64,000 nt of DNA from assembly GCF_018350175.1 (NCBI RefSeq), contig NC_058374.1, positions 89,528,001-89,592,000 on the forward strand, written 5' to 3'. The DNA comes from Felis catus (taxonomy: Eukaryota). How positions within the stretch are numbered: the stretch's first letter is position 1; every line of letters begins with the position of its first letter. This document shows, piece by piece, positions 52,641-64,000 of the stretch. Under the pieces are notes generated by a model that saw only the letters and a list, made by a program, of their open reading frames with translations, made no database searches and was not told the origin of the DNA. Position numbers and translations under genes: made by a program.

Positions 52641-52921
52641 CAAACTTCTACTAGTTTTTAGATACAAATACATTGAAGATATCAAGATGCATTAGCCAAA
52701 AGTCTGCCTTATAGGACTTTCCATGGTAGAAGGAGGTACTTATAAATCGATACAAGTAGGAAGTAATACATCTCTTATGAGAGATACAAAATAAAATGAG
52801 ATTTTAGAAAAAGCAATTTCTTTTGGTTGAAAGATTATGCAGCCCGTAAGGGAGACAGAATTTGAATTGAGCCATGAAGCTTAAAGAGCAGGTAGGATTT
52901 AGCCAGTTAAAGGTGAGGGCT

Positions 52922-53080
52922 NNNNNNNNNNNNNNNNNNNNNNNNNNNNNNNNNNNNNNNNNNNNNNNNNNNNNNNNNNNNNNNNNNNNNNNNNNNNNNN
53001 NNNNNNNNNNNNNNNNNNNNNNNNNNNNNNNNNNNNNNNNNNNNNNNNNNNNNNNNNNNNNNNNNNNNNNNNNNNNNNNN
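52922..53080. other. Assembly gap (159 N)
   Basis: N run. Confidence 1.
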
Positions 53081-53180
53081 TGGAGCTCCATATGGGGTCA
53101 AACTCACAAACCATGAGATCACGACCTGAGCCCAAACCAAGAGTCAGATGCTCAACCGACTGAGCCACCCAAGTGCCCCT
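53081..53180 (-). mobile_element. Can-SINE 5' half next to a gap
   Basis: Antisense head. Confidence 0.8.
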
Positions 53181-53189
53181 CTGGCCCCA

Positions 53190-53615
53190 TTCTTAATCGC
53201 CTTCGATTCCACACCCTCTGCAAGTCTTCCCGCCAGAGGCAGAGTGCACTTTCCCATCCCTGGACTATGGCCTGGGCCACGTGACTTGCTTTGGTCAAAG
53301 GAAACACGTGTCAACAGATGTGATGCAAGCAAAGGCTTCAAATGAGCTTGGCTGGGCTTGTTCTTTTGCACTTGGGCCATAGCCACCGTGTAGCTGCCTC
53401 CCCGCTAACCTCGGGCTCAGAATGAACGCGTACATGTGGAGCAGACTAAACCCAAAGCTGACAGTAATAAAGCAAGCCCAGTGAGACCAACAGTGTTAAG
53501 CAGAGCCACCCTGCTAAGCCGGGCCTGTCGGGCCAACTTCCAGTAGACTCACAAGCCTGTAAGTGTGAATTTTAGGATGGTCTGTTATACAGAATGTGGC
53601 AATAGCAACTGATAC
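53190..53615 (+). mobile_element. Old MaLR LTR (MLT1F-J-like)
   Basis: ggccacgtgacttgctttggtcaa...tgtggcaatagcaactgatac. Confidence 0.7.
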
Positions 53616-53626
53616 GTGATGCAGTA

Positions 53627-54415
53627 TGACGGGGTTCAGAACATACTACCCCAAGATACGGCATCTTGGTATTCTATTTTAAGCTGAATAAATTTGAGGA
53701 ATATGTGCAGGAAAGACTTCCTGACCCTCCCCTGAAGCAGGTCATAAAACCCTCAAGTGAGAGGTGCCCTCCCCCTACCCTAAGCAAAGGAGCATCCTTA
53801 CCTCCAAAGACCAGGGACACAGAGAGGAATCTGAAAGAACAGGCCTTGCTAGTTGCCCCAGCCTTCTACTCTTGGCTCCTTCCCTTTTTTGTCCTAGCAC
53901 ATCTCCCAACAACTTTTTTTTTTTTTTTTATCTTTTTTATAGTCAATATTCATTTTTTTTTTATTTTTTTTCAACGTTTATTTATTTTTGGGACAGAGAG
54001 AGACAGAGCATGAACGGGGAAGGGGCAGAGAGAGAGGGAGACACAGAATCGGAAACAGGCTCCAGGCTCTGAGCCATCAGCCCAGAGCCTGACGCGGGGC
54101 TCGAACTCACGGACCGCGAGATCGTGACCTGGCTGAAGTCGGACGCTTAACCGACTGCGCCACCCAGGCGCCCCATCCCAACAACTCTTACATCTTCAAA
54201 TGTACTCAGCTGAATCTTGTTTTATAACAAAATGTACCATGAAAACACAGGTTTCACAGCTTCCTTGGGTCTTCGTTATTTTATGAAGGCTCCCTGCCAC
54301 ATAAAACTTACATTAAATACACTGGTATGTTTTCCTCATGTTAATTTGTCTTTTGTAAAGGGCCCCCTGCTGAGAACGTAGAAGGGTAGAAGGAACCGAC
54401 ATGTTCTTCCCCTCG
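53627..54415 (+). mobile_element. ERV1-class solo LTR (MER34/39-like) interrupted by a young - SINE (~53915-54174)
   Basis: ggggttcagaacatactaccccaagata start, ATTAAA 54312-54317; SINE TSD cccaacaact. Confidence 0.7.
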
Positions 54416-54962
54416 GAGTTCAAGGACATTCCAGGCAAAACAAATAAGGGACCAGGGTAGGAAATAGCAAATACTTATCAGGAATACATTAGATTATGTA
54501 ATGTTTTTTGGCTTCTGCTTAAAATCCTCAAAGAATTCTCGTTGAAGCTTCTTCCTTTTTACTAAAAGTTTGGGGACAATTTAAGGCATTTGATGGGACA
54601 TATATGAATTTGAAAAGAGACTGGGGCAAGATCACAGAAGGCCAGTAGTCCTCACTGTTAAAATCAAGGCGTGTTGAATGCCTAGGGTAGAATGTGTCCC
54701 ACAGAAACTGCACTGTGGTTCTGTTCATGAAATTTTCAGTGAGTGAAAAGTCAGCTTGTTGAATGATACACACACAACCAACAGTTAATTTCACTTATCA
54801 TCACAAATCTTTTTTTGAAGGAAAAAGGGTACAAGCCCTAAATAAATCACAGTTCTGCCCTTGGTGAGAATCCTGTCATCTGAAGCATTCAGATAAAAAA
54901 AAATGTGCTCCCTAAAATGTAAACAAAAATTTTATGTAATTCAATTTAAAAAAAATGTTCTC

Positions 54963-55080
54963 TGGGGCACCTGGCTGGTTCTGTTGGTAGAGTATGTGAC
55001 TCTTGATCTTGGGGTTATGAGTTCGAGCCCCATGTTGTGTGTAGAGGTTACTTAAAAGGAAACTCTTCAAAAAAAAAAAG
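54963..55080 (+). mobile_element. Short Can-SINE variant
   Basis: Short-SINE sequence with A tail. Confidence 0.82.
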
Positions 55081-55458
55081 TTCCTTAAAATCTAACTGTA
55101 AAATCATAATTAAAGGATGTAAGTCACTTAATGATATATTACTACTGCCACAGGAGGGATTTTTTTAAAGCAGTCTAGAATGCATAAATAATTGCTTACT
55201 TCTTTGAAAGAATTACTTCTTAAAATTATACTCTTGATTTAGGAGAGTAAATATTTTGCAGTTATAACCTATCTTCTAGTTTTATTTTAACTATGAAACA
55301 GAAAAATTAGTCAGAATCTTCTTTTATGCGCACTGTATAACACAGGTAAGTAAATTCAAAATGAATTCCACAGAATCAAAAAGTAGTCCACTGATTCTTC
55401 CTTGGGAAAAAAACAAAACAAGTTCTACCTCGCCTCAAAAGTATTCAAGGAATAATAG

Positions 55459-56179
55459 TGATGAGGAAGCTTGGGGCAAGCTGAGGGCAAAATATAGGCT
55501 GACACACACTGCCCCCACGCCCCACCCCAGGATGGAATATGTATGATATTCCCCAGACACTCCTGGCTGTCCAAGAACAAAGGAAAGGGGTTGAAGTGCT
55601 TGCCATAGTGATGTGGGAAACTAAGGCAAATGAAAAGTTAAATTCCCTTACTGCCTCTGGTCCATTGACAAGTCCTTGAGACCAGCAGAGTGACCTCCCT
55701 TTAGGAGCTCAGCTGCCTCAAGGATGACACTGTGCTGGGGGCAAAAGAGAACCTTAGTTTAACATTATCCCAACCTCGAGGATCCTGTAAATCAACTTCC
55801 TTTATCTCAACTGCCTCAAGATATATGCTGGCAATCATACTCTAAGCTTATGGTCCCGATATACATCTAAAGGGCCTCATGACTGAGGTTTTATTAAATA
55901 GTAATAAATGGCATTTCCCTAGCAACAGCTAGCCCCTCAAGGTCCTGGAAACCTTGCTTCCAAAATTCCATAGAGACATACTCTATCCCTGACCTCCCCC
56001 AACCTGAGGGTGTATAACGAGTTACCCGTCACCATCCCAATGAAGCTCTTCCTGCCCATGGGTCCTCTCCACATGCTTTAATAACATCATCTTTTGCATC
56101 AAAGACATCTTCAAGAATTCTTTCTGGGTCATTGGCTCCGGACCCCACGAACCCACATTACCACCCCAAAACTTCATCA
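55459..56179 (+). mobile_element. Complete-looking ERV solo LTR (721 bp), antisense to KICS2
   Basis: Inverted termini tgatga...tcatca, 4-bp flanks atag/gtag, TATA-like tgtataa 56011, AATAAC 56080. Confidence 0.8.
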
Positions 56180-57230
56180 GTAGACATCCTGATCCTGCAT
56201 GAGCTAAATTCATATTTTTCCTTCTAAAGGGCACACAAATAAAAACTCATATGATTCATGTTATTCAACTTGAAATGCAGCATCATAACTGACTGTGATT
56301 CTGAAGGAATAATTTACATTTGCTTAATACTGTAGTAAGTTCACCAAAAAAGGAAACCTTTAACACTTTTCTACTCTGAACACAACCGACTTCCAAAGAA
56401 AAGAAACAAAATATCCTTCTCATTTGTCTCTGAAAGTAGACTGGACCTTGCAATAACTCACACAGGATCTGCATCTCAAATCAGGACCAGAGGTTTAGAC
56501 TCTGTGATATACATCATGCTTGTTAATTTTTTAATACAAAAGCATTTCATCATTGGAAAGATAAAAGATTCACACAATATTTTATAAGCGTTCTGACATG
56601 AATCAGATATATTGGGACAAATAAACATTCCCTGAAAGATAAACTGGGTCTTTTGGGAAAAGGATTAACTCTTTCAATACAACAGAACACCAAAACATGA
56701 ATTATTTCTCTAGAACAATGGAACCATGAAAGAAATGTGTTTTGTGTGGCACAGATGCCAAATCAAAAGGTCTACAGAAAAATGGATATTATCCTGGCAA
56801 AGGGCAAAGCATGCTAAACTTATACCTAGAATAATTCTACTTCCCTCCCAAAATCACCATATTATACAGAATTTCAACTTTGCAGAATTTCTTAACCAAG
56901 GAATTTATGTTGTTCAAACGTAACCCAAGGCTTCTAAATGAGATAATTTTCAGGCTAGGATGTATCTATAATCAGTAACTCCCTACTAATTAGATAAAGG
57001 CAGCACCGATGGAAGATGGAGACTGTGGATGAAAACACCTTGACCCTAAGTGACACTGCAACCCAGATCCATCAGATTCCATCCGTGTCCACTCAGAAAG
57101 ATGAGGGGTACAGCCAAGTACTGCCCTAAGAGCTTCAAGAATGAAAGCTGGACTTTTGCAGGAGATGGAAGAAATTCTCAAAGCTCTGGGAAGTGGAATG
57201 TTTCAAAGAAGGTTCAAAGAGCACAAGTCT

Positions 57231-57405
57231 TGGGGCACCTGGGTGGCTCGGTCAGTTGAGTCCTCTCCAACTCTTGATTTGGGCTCTAGTCACGATCTCA
57301 TGGTTGGTGAGTTTGAGCCCCACATCGGGCTCTGTGCTGACAGTGCAGAGCCAGCTTAGGATTCTCTCTCTCCCTCTCTCTCTCTGCCCCTTCCCCCCAC
57401 CTCTC

Positions 57406-57448
<43 letters not shown>

Positions 57449-57450
57449 AT
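57231..57450 (+). mobile_element. Can-SINE with (TAAA)n tail
   Basis: Full copy. Confidence 0.9.
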
Positions 57451-57529
57451 GCTTTTGAAAAGATGACAGATCACAAATCTAGTAAAATAAAAATGAAAAT
57501 AGGCAAATAGTAATAACCACTCCTAGGAG

Positions 57530-57533
<4 letters not shown>

Positions 57534-57573
<40 letters not shown>
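57534..57573. repeat. (CA)n microsatellite, about 20 units
   Basis: Direct reading. Confidence 0.95.
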
Positions 57574-57578
<5 letters not shown>

Positions 57579-57691
57579 TAAGGTTCAGTACTAGTATATC
57601 CCAGTGTTGGCAACTTTCTCTGGTTTATCCAAACAATTTTTTCATGTAGACTATTTTCAGTATCACAGGGAACTTTTAAAACATAGGTTTC

Positions 57692-57883
57692 TGGGGGCGC
57701 CTGGGTGGCGCAGTCGGTTGGGCGTCCGACTTCAGCCAGGTCACGATCTCACGGTCCGTGGGTTCGAGCCCCGCGTCGGGCTCTGGGCTGATGGCTCAGA
57801 GCCTGGAGCCTGTTTCTGATTCTGTGTCTCCCTCTCTCTCTGCCCCTCCCCCGTTCATGCTCTGTCTCTCTCTGTCCCCCCAA

Positions 57884-57922
<39 letters not shown>

Positions 57923-57950
57923 AGTTGAAAAAAAAATTAAAAAAAAAAAA
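57692..57950 (+). mobile_element. Young felid SINE inside a MER5-like remnant
   Basis: CpG-rich, (TAAA)n tail, TSD acataggtttctggg. Confidence 0.93.
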
Positions 57951-58789
57951 CAAACACATAGGTTTCTGGGCAACGAGTCCAAAATCATTAAATCTTACCT
58001 TCTTGGGGTAAGTAGTGGGGAGGCCCAGGTATGGTTTGTTTTCTTAAACTTCCCAAATGGAAGTTTGTGAAACCACTTTCACATTAGCATTTGGGAATCA
58101 CAGCGTGAGATCTCTTCCCCTTGAGAATCATTATCTCCAACTGTACTTTTGTTTTTGGATTTCAAAAAACTATTTTATTTAAAAAAGTACAAATCAGGTT
58201 TTAGGAAGAAATAAAGTATTTCCAAACAGAAAATTTGTTAACATGTAAAATTTGTTTAAAAAAAGAAAATGTGTATTTTTATATGCATGGACTATCTCTC
58301 TAGAAGGGTAGGAAGAACTTGCTGACAAGATTCATTGCCTTTTAGGAAAAGAATTAGATGAAGGACAGGGGCACATTTCACTATGTATTCTTTTGTACTT
58401 TATAAATTTTGAGCCATATTAATGTATTGCCTACTAAAAATAAAACAAAAATTTTAAATGTCAAAAAACAGAAAATACATGACGATAAAAAATAACTAGA
58501 AGACATTTTGGAGACAATTGGAGAGATCTGAATATGGACTATTTATTGCAGATGGTAGAAAATCAGTGCTGAATTTCCTGAGAAAACTATGCTACAGTTT
58601 TGTATAGTTCTCAGAAAATACAATCTGAGTATTTGGGGTTAAAGTGTCATGATGATATAACTTCCAAACAATGCGGGGGGGGGGATGGTAAATAAAATTT
58701 TATAGAGAGAGATATAAAACAAACATGGTGATGTTTTAATAATATGAGTCCAGGGAAAAGATATTTGTGTGTTCATTGCATGGTTTTGT

Positions 58790-59558
58790 TTTTTTTTTAA
58801 GTTTATTTATTTATTTTGAGGGAGAGCAAGGGAGGGGCAGAGAGGGAGAGAGAGAGAGATGGGGGGTGGGGGGGAGAATCCCAAGCAGGGTCCACACTGT
58901 CAGCATGGCTGACATGGGGCTCAAACTCATGATGCTATGAAATCATTGTTTTTTGTTTTGTTTTTTTAATAATAGCTTTGCTATTTAATTCATATACAAA
59001 AAAATACACTTGTTAAAAAACTTTTTTAACATTTATTCATGTTTGAGAGACAAAGAGCACAAGTGGGGGAAGACAGGGGGACAGGGAGACACAGAATCCA
59101 AAGCAGGCTCCAGGCTCTAAGCTGTCAGTACAGAGCCCGAAGTGGGGCTCAAACCCACGAACTGTGAGATCATGTCCTGATCCGAAGTCGGATGCTTAAC
59201 CGACTAAGTCGCCCAGCCATCCCAAAATACACTCTTTTAAGGTGTGGGATTCAATGGTTTAATCAGAGTTGTGCAACCATCTTTGTTTTGTTTTGTTTTT
59301 TTAATAATAGCTTTGCTATTTAATTCATATACAAAAAAATACACTTGTTAAAAAACTTTTTTAACATTTATTCATGTTTGAGAGACAAAGAGCACAAGTG
59401 GGGGAAGACAGGGGGACAGGGAGACACAGAATCCAAAGCAGGCTCCAGGCTCTAAGCTGTCAGTACAGAGCCCGAAGTGGGGCTCAAACCCACGAACTGT
59501 GAGATCATGTCCTGATCCGAAGTCGGATGCTTAACCGACTAAGTCGCCCAGCCATCCC
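58790..59558 (-). mobile_element. Truncated Can-SINE (58790-58946) plus two identical Can-SINE copies (~59015-59223 and ~59350-59558)
   Basis: Antisense SINE cores; the last two lie within the 335-bp duplication. Confidence 0.85.
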
Positions 59559-59616
59559 AAAATACACTCTTTTAAGGTGTGGGATTCAATGGTTTAATCA
59601 GAGTTGTGCAACCATC
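58947..59616. repeat. Apparently exact tandem duplication, period 335 bp
   Basis: aatagctttg at 58971 and 59306; gtgcaaccatc ends at 59281 and 59616. Confidence 0.92.
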
Positions 59617-59752
59617 ACCACTATCTAGTTTTAGAAGAGTCTCATGGCCCCCAAAAGGGAACTCAATATCCATTAGCAGTCACTCCCCATTCTCACCTTC
59701 CCCTCTGACCCCTAACAACCATTTTCTGTGTCTATAAATTTGTAAGCTACAT

Positions 59753-59911
59753 NNNNNNNNNNNNNNNNNNNNNNNNNNNNNNNNNNNNNNNNNNNNNNNN
59801 NNNNNNNNNNNNNNNNNNNNNNNNNNNNNNNNNNNNNNNNNNNNNNNNNNNNNNNNNNNNNNNNNNNNNNNNNNNNNNNNNNNNNNNNNNNNNNNNNNNN
59901 NNNNNNNNNNN
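59753..59911. other. Assembly gap (159 N)
   Basis: N run. Confidence 1.
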
Positions 59912-60645
59912 TAACACACAATGCTTCTCAAATTCCTTGGGTATTGCTTTTTGGGTAGGAAGTGAGCAATACATTACATGTAGCCAGGCTCATTTTTTTT
60001 TTTTTTTTTTAAGTAGCAATTGCCTTCAAAGACAGGTTTTCCAGCTGATCAATGTCTTTACAAAAAAAAAAAAAGTTGGCTACAAATAGCTTTTTGACTA
60101 TCAAAAAAGTTCAAGTATGCCTTCCTCAAAAGTACAGATGCCTGTCTCCACTATGGAAGTTAAAAACAAAACCAAAATTATGCCACAGGCACTGAAAACA
60201 ATTATAAAGGAGTTTCCAACACATGTTAAGTAATGGTTACATCGGAGGAATGAGTGGATGACTCAGCAAGGTGATTACTTTGAAAGGGACATTTATTTGA
60301 ATAATGGTTTGTTAAGAAGTCACATTATTTTATGCACAATTCGCTCGTGTGAACTCTTTTATAAGCAGCAAAATCAGTTATAATACATCTTTTAAGGATT
60401 TCTCCACTCTTGGTCTTTGGCCATTGTTTGGAGAAGTATCCACCCGGCATGGTGTTTAATGACGCCTAAAGAAGGCACCTAAGGTACACCTGGTGCTTAA
60501 TTAATACGTATAAAATGTAAAACGACTACTTCTCCGCTTCACGGCTGTTTAACGACGGGGTTTCACGAGTGTGGGGGAAAGACCTCGTCTGATGGGAGGG
60601 AGACGCTGCCACGCCTGTCCCTCCCTCCCTCCTCACCTACACTCA

Positions 60646-61152
<507 letters not shown>

Positions 61153-61505
61153 TTACCCGTGTACCGATTCTCCCCCACCCCGGTTCAATGAGGATTCACA
61201 TTTATTTCAGAGGATAATTGACCTAGTAAGTGACATCAACCTGGATCTAAATAGCCCTCCTTCCACATAAATATATTTAAAACAAAAAAGAGTACCCGAT
61301 CGGAAAACACTGTTGTTATTCCTGATAAATCAGGAAATTTTATTTCTGCATTAGAGTTGCATTTTCCTTTGCCTTAGCTTTTAAGCCATACCAGAAAATG
61401 GAAAATACACATATGTGTATCTCCCTTACACAAGAACACAGACTACTGGGGCCCCAGGGGGAAAAAGAAAACCTTTAGTCCTTTTGTTAAAATAATCTCT
61501 ATGCC

Positions 61506-61806
61506 TGGGGTGCCTGGGTGGCTCAGTCGGTTGACCGTCCAACTTTGGCTCGGGTCATGATCTCATGGTCCGTGAATGTGAGCCCCGCATTGGGCTCTGT
61601 GCTGACAGCTCAGAGCCTGGAGCCTGCTTCAGATTCTGTGTCTCCTCCTCTCTCTTCCCCTACCCCGCTCATGCTCTGTCTCTCTCTGTCTCAAAAGTAA
61701 ATAAACATTAAAAATTAAAAATTAAAAAAAATCTCTATGCCCAACATGGGGCTTGAACTCATGACCCCAAGATCAAGAGTCACACACTGAGCCAGCCAGG
61801 TGCCCT
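61506..61806. mobile_element. + Can-SINE (61506-61730) abutting a - short SINE (~61728-61806)
   Basis: Tail-to-tail SINEs. Confidence 0.85.
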
Positions 61807-62409
61807 GAAATCTTTAGTACTCTTGACAAGGTTGACACTATAGGTTATAACAAAATAAGCACCATGCTGTGAATTATTAAGAGCAGGAAGCAATTATAAA
61901 TAACTGCTGGTGTAATTCAGGGGTTCCAAAGCAAATCACAAAGAAAAAAAAAAAAAGACCAAATACATCATTTTCAATAGTTAAAAAGAATCAAGTGGCA
62001 CAGACAGCATTTCCTTACTTCTGTATTAATGCATGATGAGCTCTATTTCTAATAATTATAGAGCCAGCTTCAGCTTCATAGATGTTTTCTTAAGCAATTC
62101 TGCACCCCACTAAAGGGTCACAGGTAAGACATTAGGAAAATGAAAAGAAATAGGGCAAGTTTAAAACACTAATTCTCAGGAACATATAAAAACCTCAGAA
62201 ATGGGTGACAGTTTACATTTTCTATTGATACACACAAAATAGTTTAATGAAGAAATTTATCACTATTCTAAACATATCAATTAGGAGTGAAAATTATGTA
62301 TCAAGGGATTTGTAAACTATCCCCTTAATAAATGAAACATCTCACAATGCTGTTTTTAGTTTAGGGCCCCATTTACGTTTCAAGAAATGAATCTTATATC
62401 CCTTCCTAC

Positions 62410-62546
62410 TACTGTGACCACCTTGTCCCAGTTTTTCCATGACTTTCCAAGTCTTGGCACTCAAGGTCTGGCTTCTCGGAAAACCCTTAGTCTCATGTCC
62501 TGGGAACCCCGTCAGCCCTGGGCAAACCCAGAAGTTTTGTCACCTT
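62410..62546. mobile_element. MER81-like hAT-Blackjack MITE
   Basis: gtgaccacc...tccc...gggcaaaccc...gtcacc palindromic layout. Confidence 0.6.
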
Positions 62547-62854
62547 CCTACTATTCCATAAACTAGTAATACTTAAAAAATGTTTTCTTCAATATACTAC
62601 CTAAACAAACTGACTAGCATTCAAATCATTCCTCCTGCTAATAGCAGCAAAAATTATGCGGTACAGGTGGATTGACCCCAGCACTAACATCCCACACAGG
62701 ACTGTACCCTGAAGGGTTTGCCTTCCTTCCCTGCCTGTATTCAGTCTAACTTGGCAGATTTTGTGATGCGACAGTATGGAATAAATAGACCTCTGTGTCC
62801 AAGTTCAGGAAAAAAATCTCCTAGCTGAGGAAGGCAATAGAGTACCAAGCAAAA

Positions 62855-62970
62855 TCCCTGGGCTGACTCAGTCAGTGGAGTGTGTGACTCTTGATCTCAG
62901 GATTGTGAGTCCAAGTCCCATGTAGGGTGTACAGATTACTTAAAAACAAAATCTTTTTTAAAAAAAATCT
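62855..62970 (+). mobile_element. Short Can-SINE variant
   Basis: actcttgatctcaggattgtgagt...agattacttaaaaac. Confidence 0.8.
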
Positions 62971-64000
62971 AAAAGTTCTGGAAGTCTGACTTAGTTCCAA
63001 CTTTCAGCTTCCGAATTTATAAGCTGTGTGATGTGCAAATGACTTAGCCACTCCGAGCCTTCGTTGTTGTTTTTTAACACGCAGCTAGTAACAGAGTTGC
63101 TAAGAAGACAAAATGAAATAACATTTGGTATGTAATGTGCCTGGAGCAAAGCACATATTCCACAACCATAATCCCCTTCCCTTCCATTCATACCTGATAT
63201 AAGAAAACTGTAACCACTATCTAAGTGAGCTTCTAAAATTCTATGGTAAATTGGGAGCTTCACGTACTGTAAAAAAGAATAGCATCTATTTGAAAGATAG
63301 CTAGGTGATTTCAACTGTACTCACCTCCGCTGTTAAACAGCGTGGGCTTGGTGAAAAAGGGATACCTTCCTTTGTCAGATTACCCTTATTTGAGGGAGTG
63401 GAAACACCACATAAATACAAAAATACTGTGAAAAGCTTATCAATAAACACCATCACTAATATGTAAAACCAAGGGACACTATAAGGAAGGGAGAGACCAC
63501 CAATGCATTTCTTTTAAACAGGTCTCTGTTCTCCAGTCTCTCAGGAGCACAATCCTATTTTTGACTATCCTGGTAAGGAATATCCAGTGGGGATGGGCCT
63601 TCCTTCATACTGGGAAACAAGGAATCAGAGACATCAGACACCTTCCTCTTTTCAATTTTTTGCATTTACAAAATAGTTATTTTGAATTATTTCTAGAAGG
63701 CTCTATGTATTGAATCCTCATTATTTCTCAAGATTTCAGTGGTCCATCTCACATGATAAAATTTCACATAACAAATATATTAAAGGAGTATGTAAAATAT
63801 CTAATTGAGTATTTTGTCCCACAGCTTCTTGTTAATGATAATTTGTAAACATCAGTTCTCAAGTTAAGGCATTTTCTACCATGCTAAATTCCAACAGCCA
63901 GAGGTTGAGGAAACCCTCTCGTAATGAAACCAAAGGGAGAAAAGTATGACCTAAAATCCTCCGAAGGCATTGAGATGGCATATTTGAAGCCATCCCCAAA

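Overview
This is mammalian (felid) genomic DNA, judged from dense cat-type tRNA-derived Can-SINEs (SINEC_Fc-like). It holds two convergent genes. On + are the last four coding exons and a ~4.9 kb 3'UTR of SRGAP1. On - are exons 2-3 of KICS2 (C12orf66, KICSTOR subunit); exon 1 lies beyond the window. The ~35 kb between them is repeat-rich and contains a full-length, decayed RPS3 processed pseudogene. There are five N gaps, one inside the KICS2 coding sequence, and an apparently exact 335-bp tandem duplication that is probably an assembly artefact. I found no evidence of a new protein-coding system. The most unusual item is a near-perfect 93-bp-arm hairpin (42551-42765) made of two independently inserted old SINEs. 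One of them predates the heavily diverged RPS3 retrocopy nested in its tail, which implies the arms were homogenised long after insertion. Also notable are a circRNA-favouring SINE layout around two SRGAP1 exons, at least five miR-145 seed sites in the SRGAP1 3'UTR, an in-frame alternative acceptor before the SH3 exon, and an unexplained CpG-retaining inverted repeat at 13.8-14.0 kb. Repeat family names come from recalled consensus sequences, and repeat boundaries are approximate.
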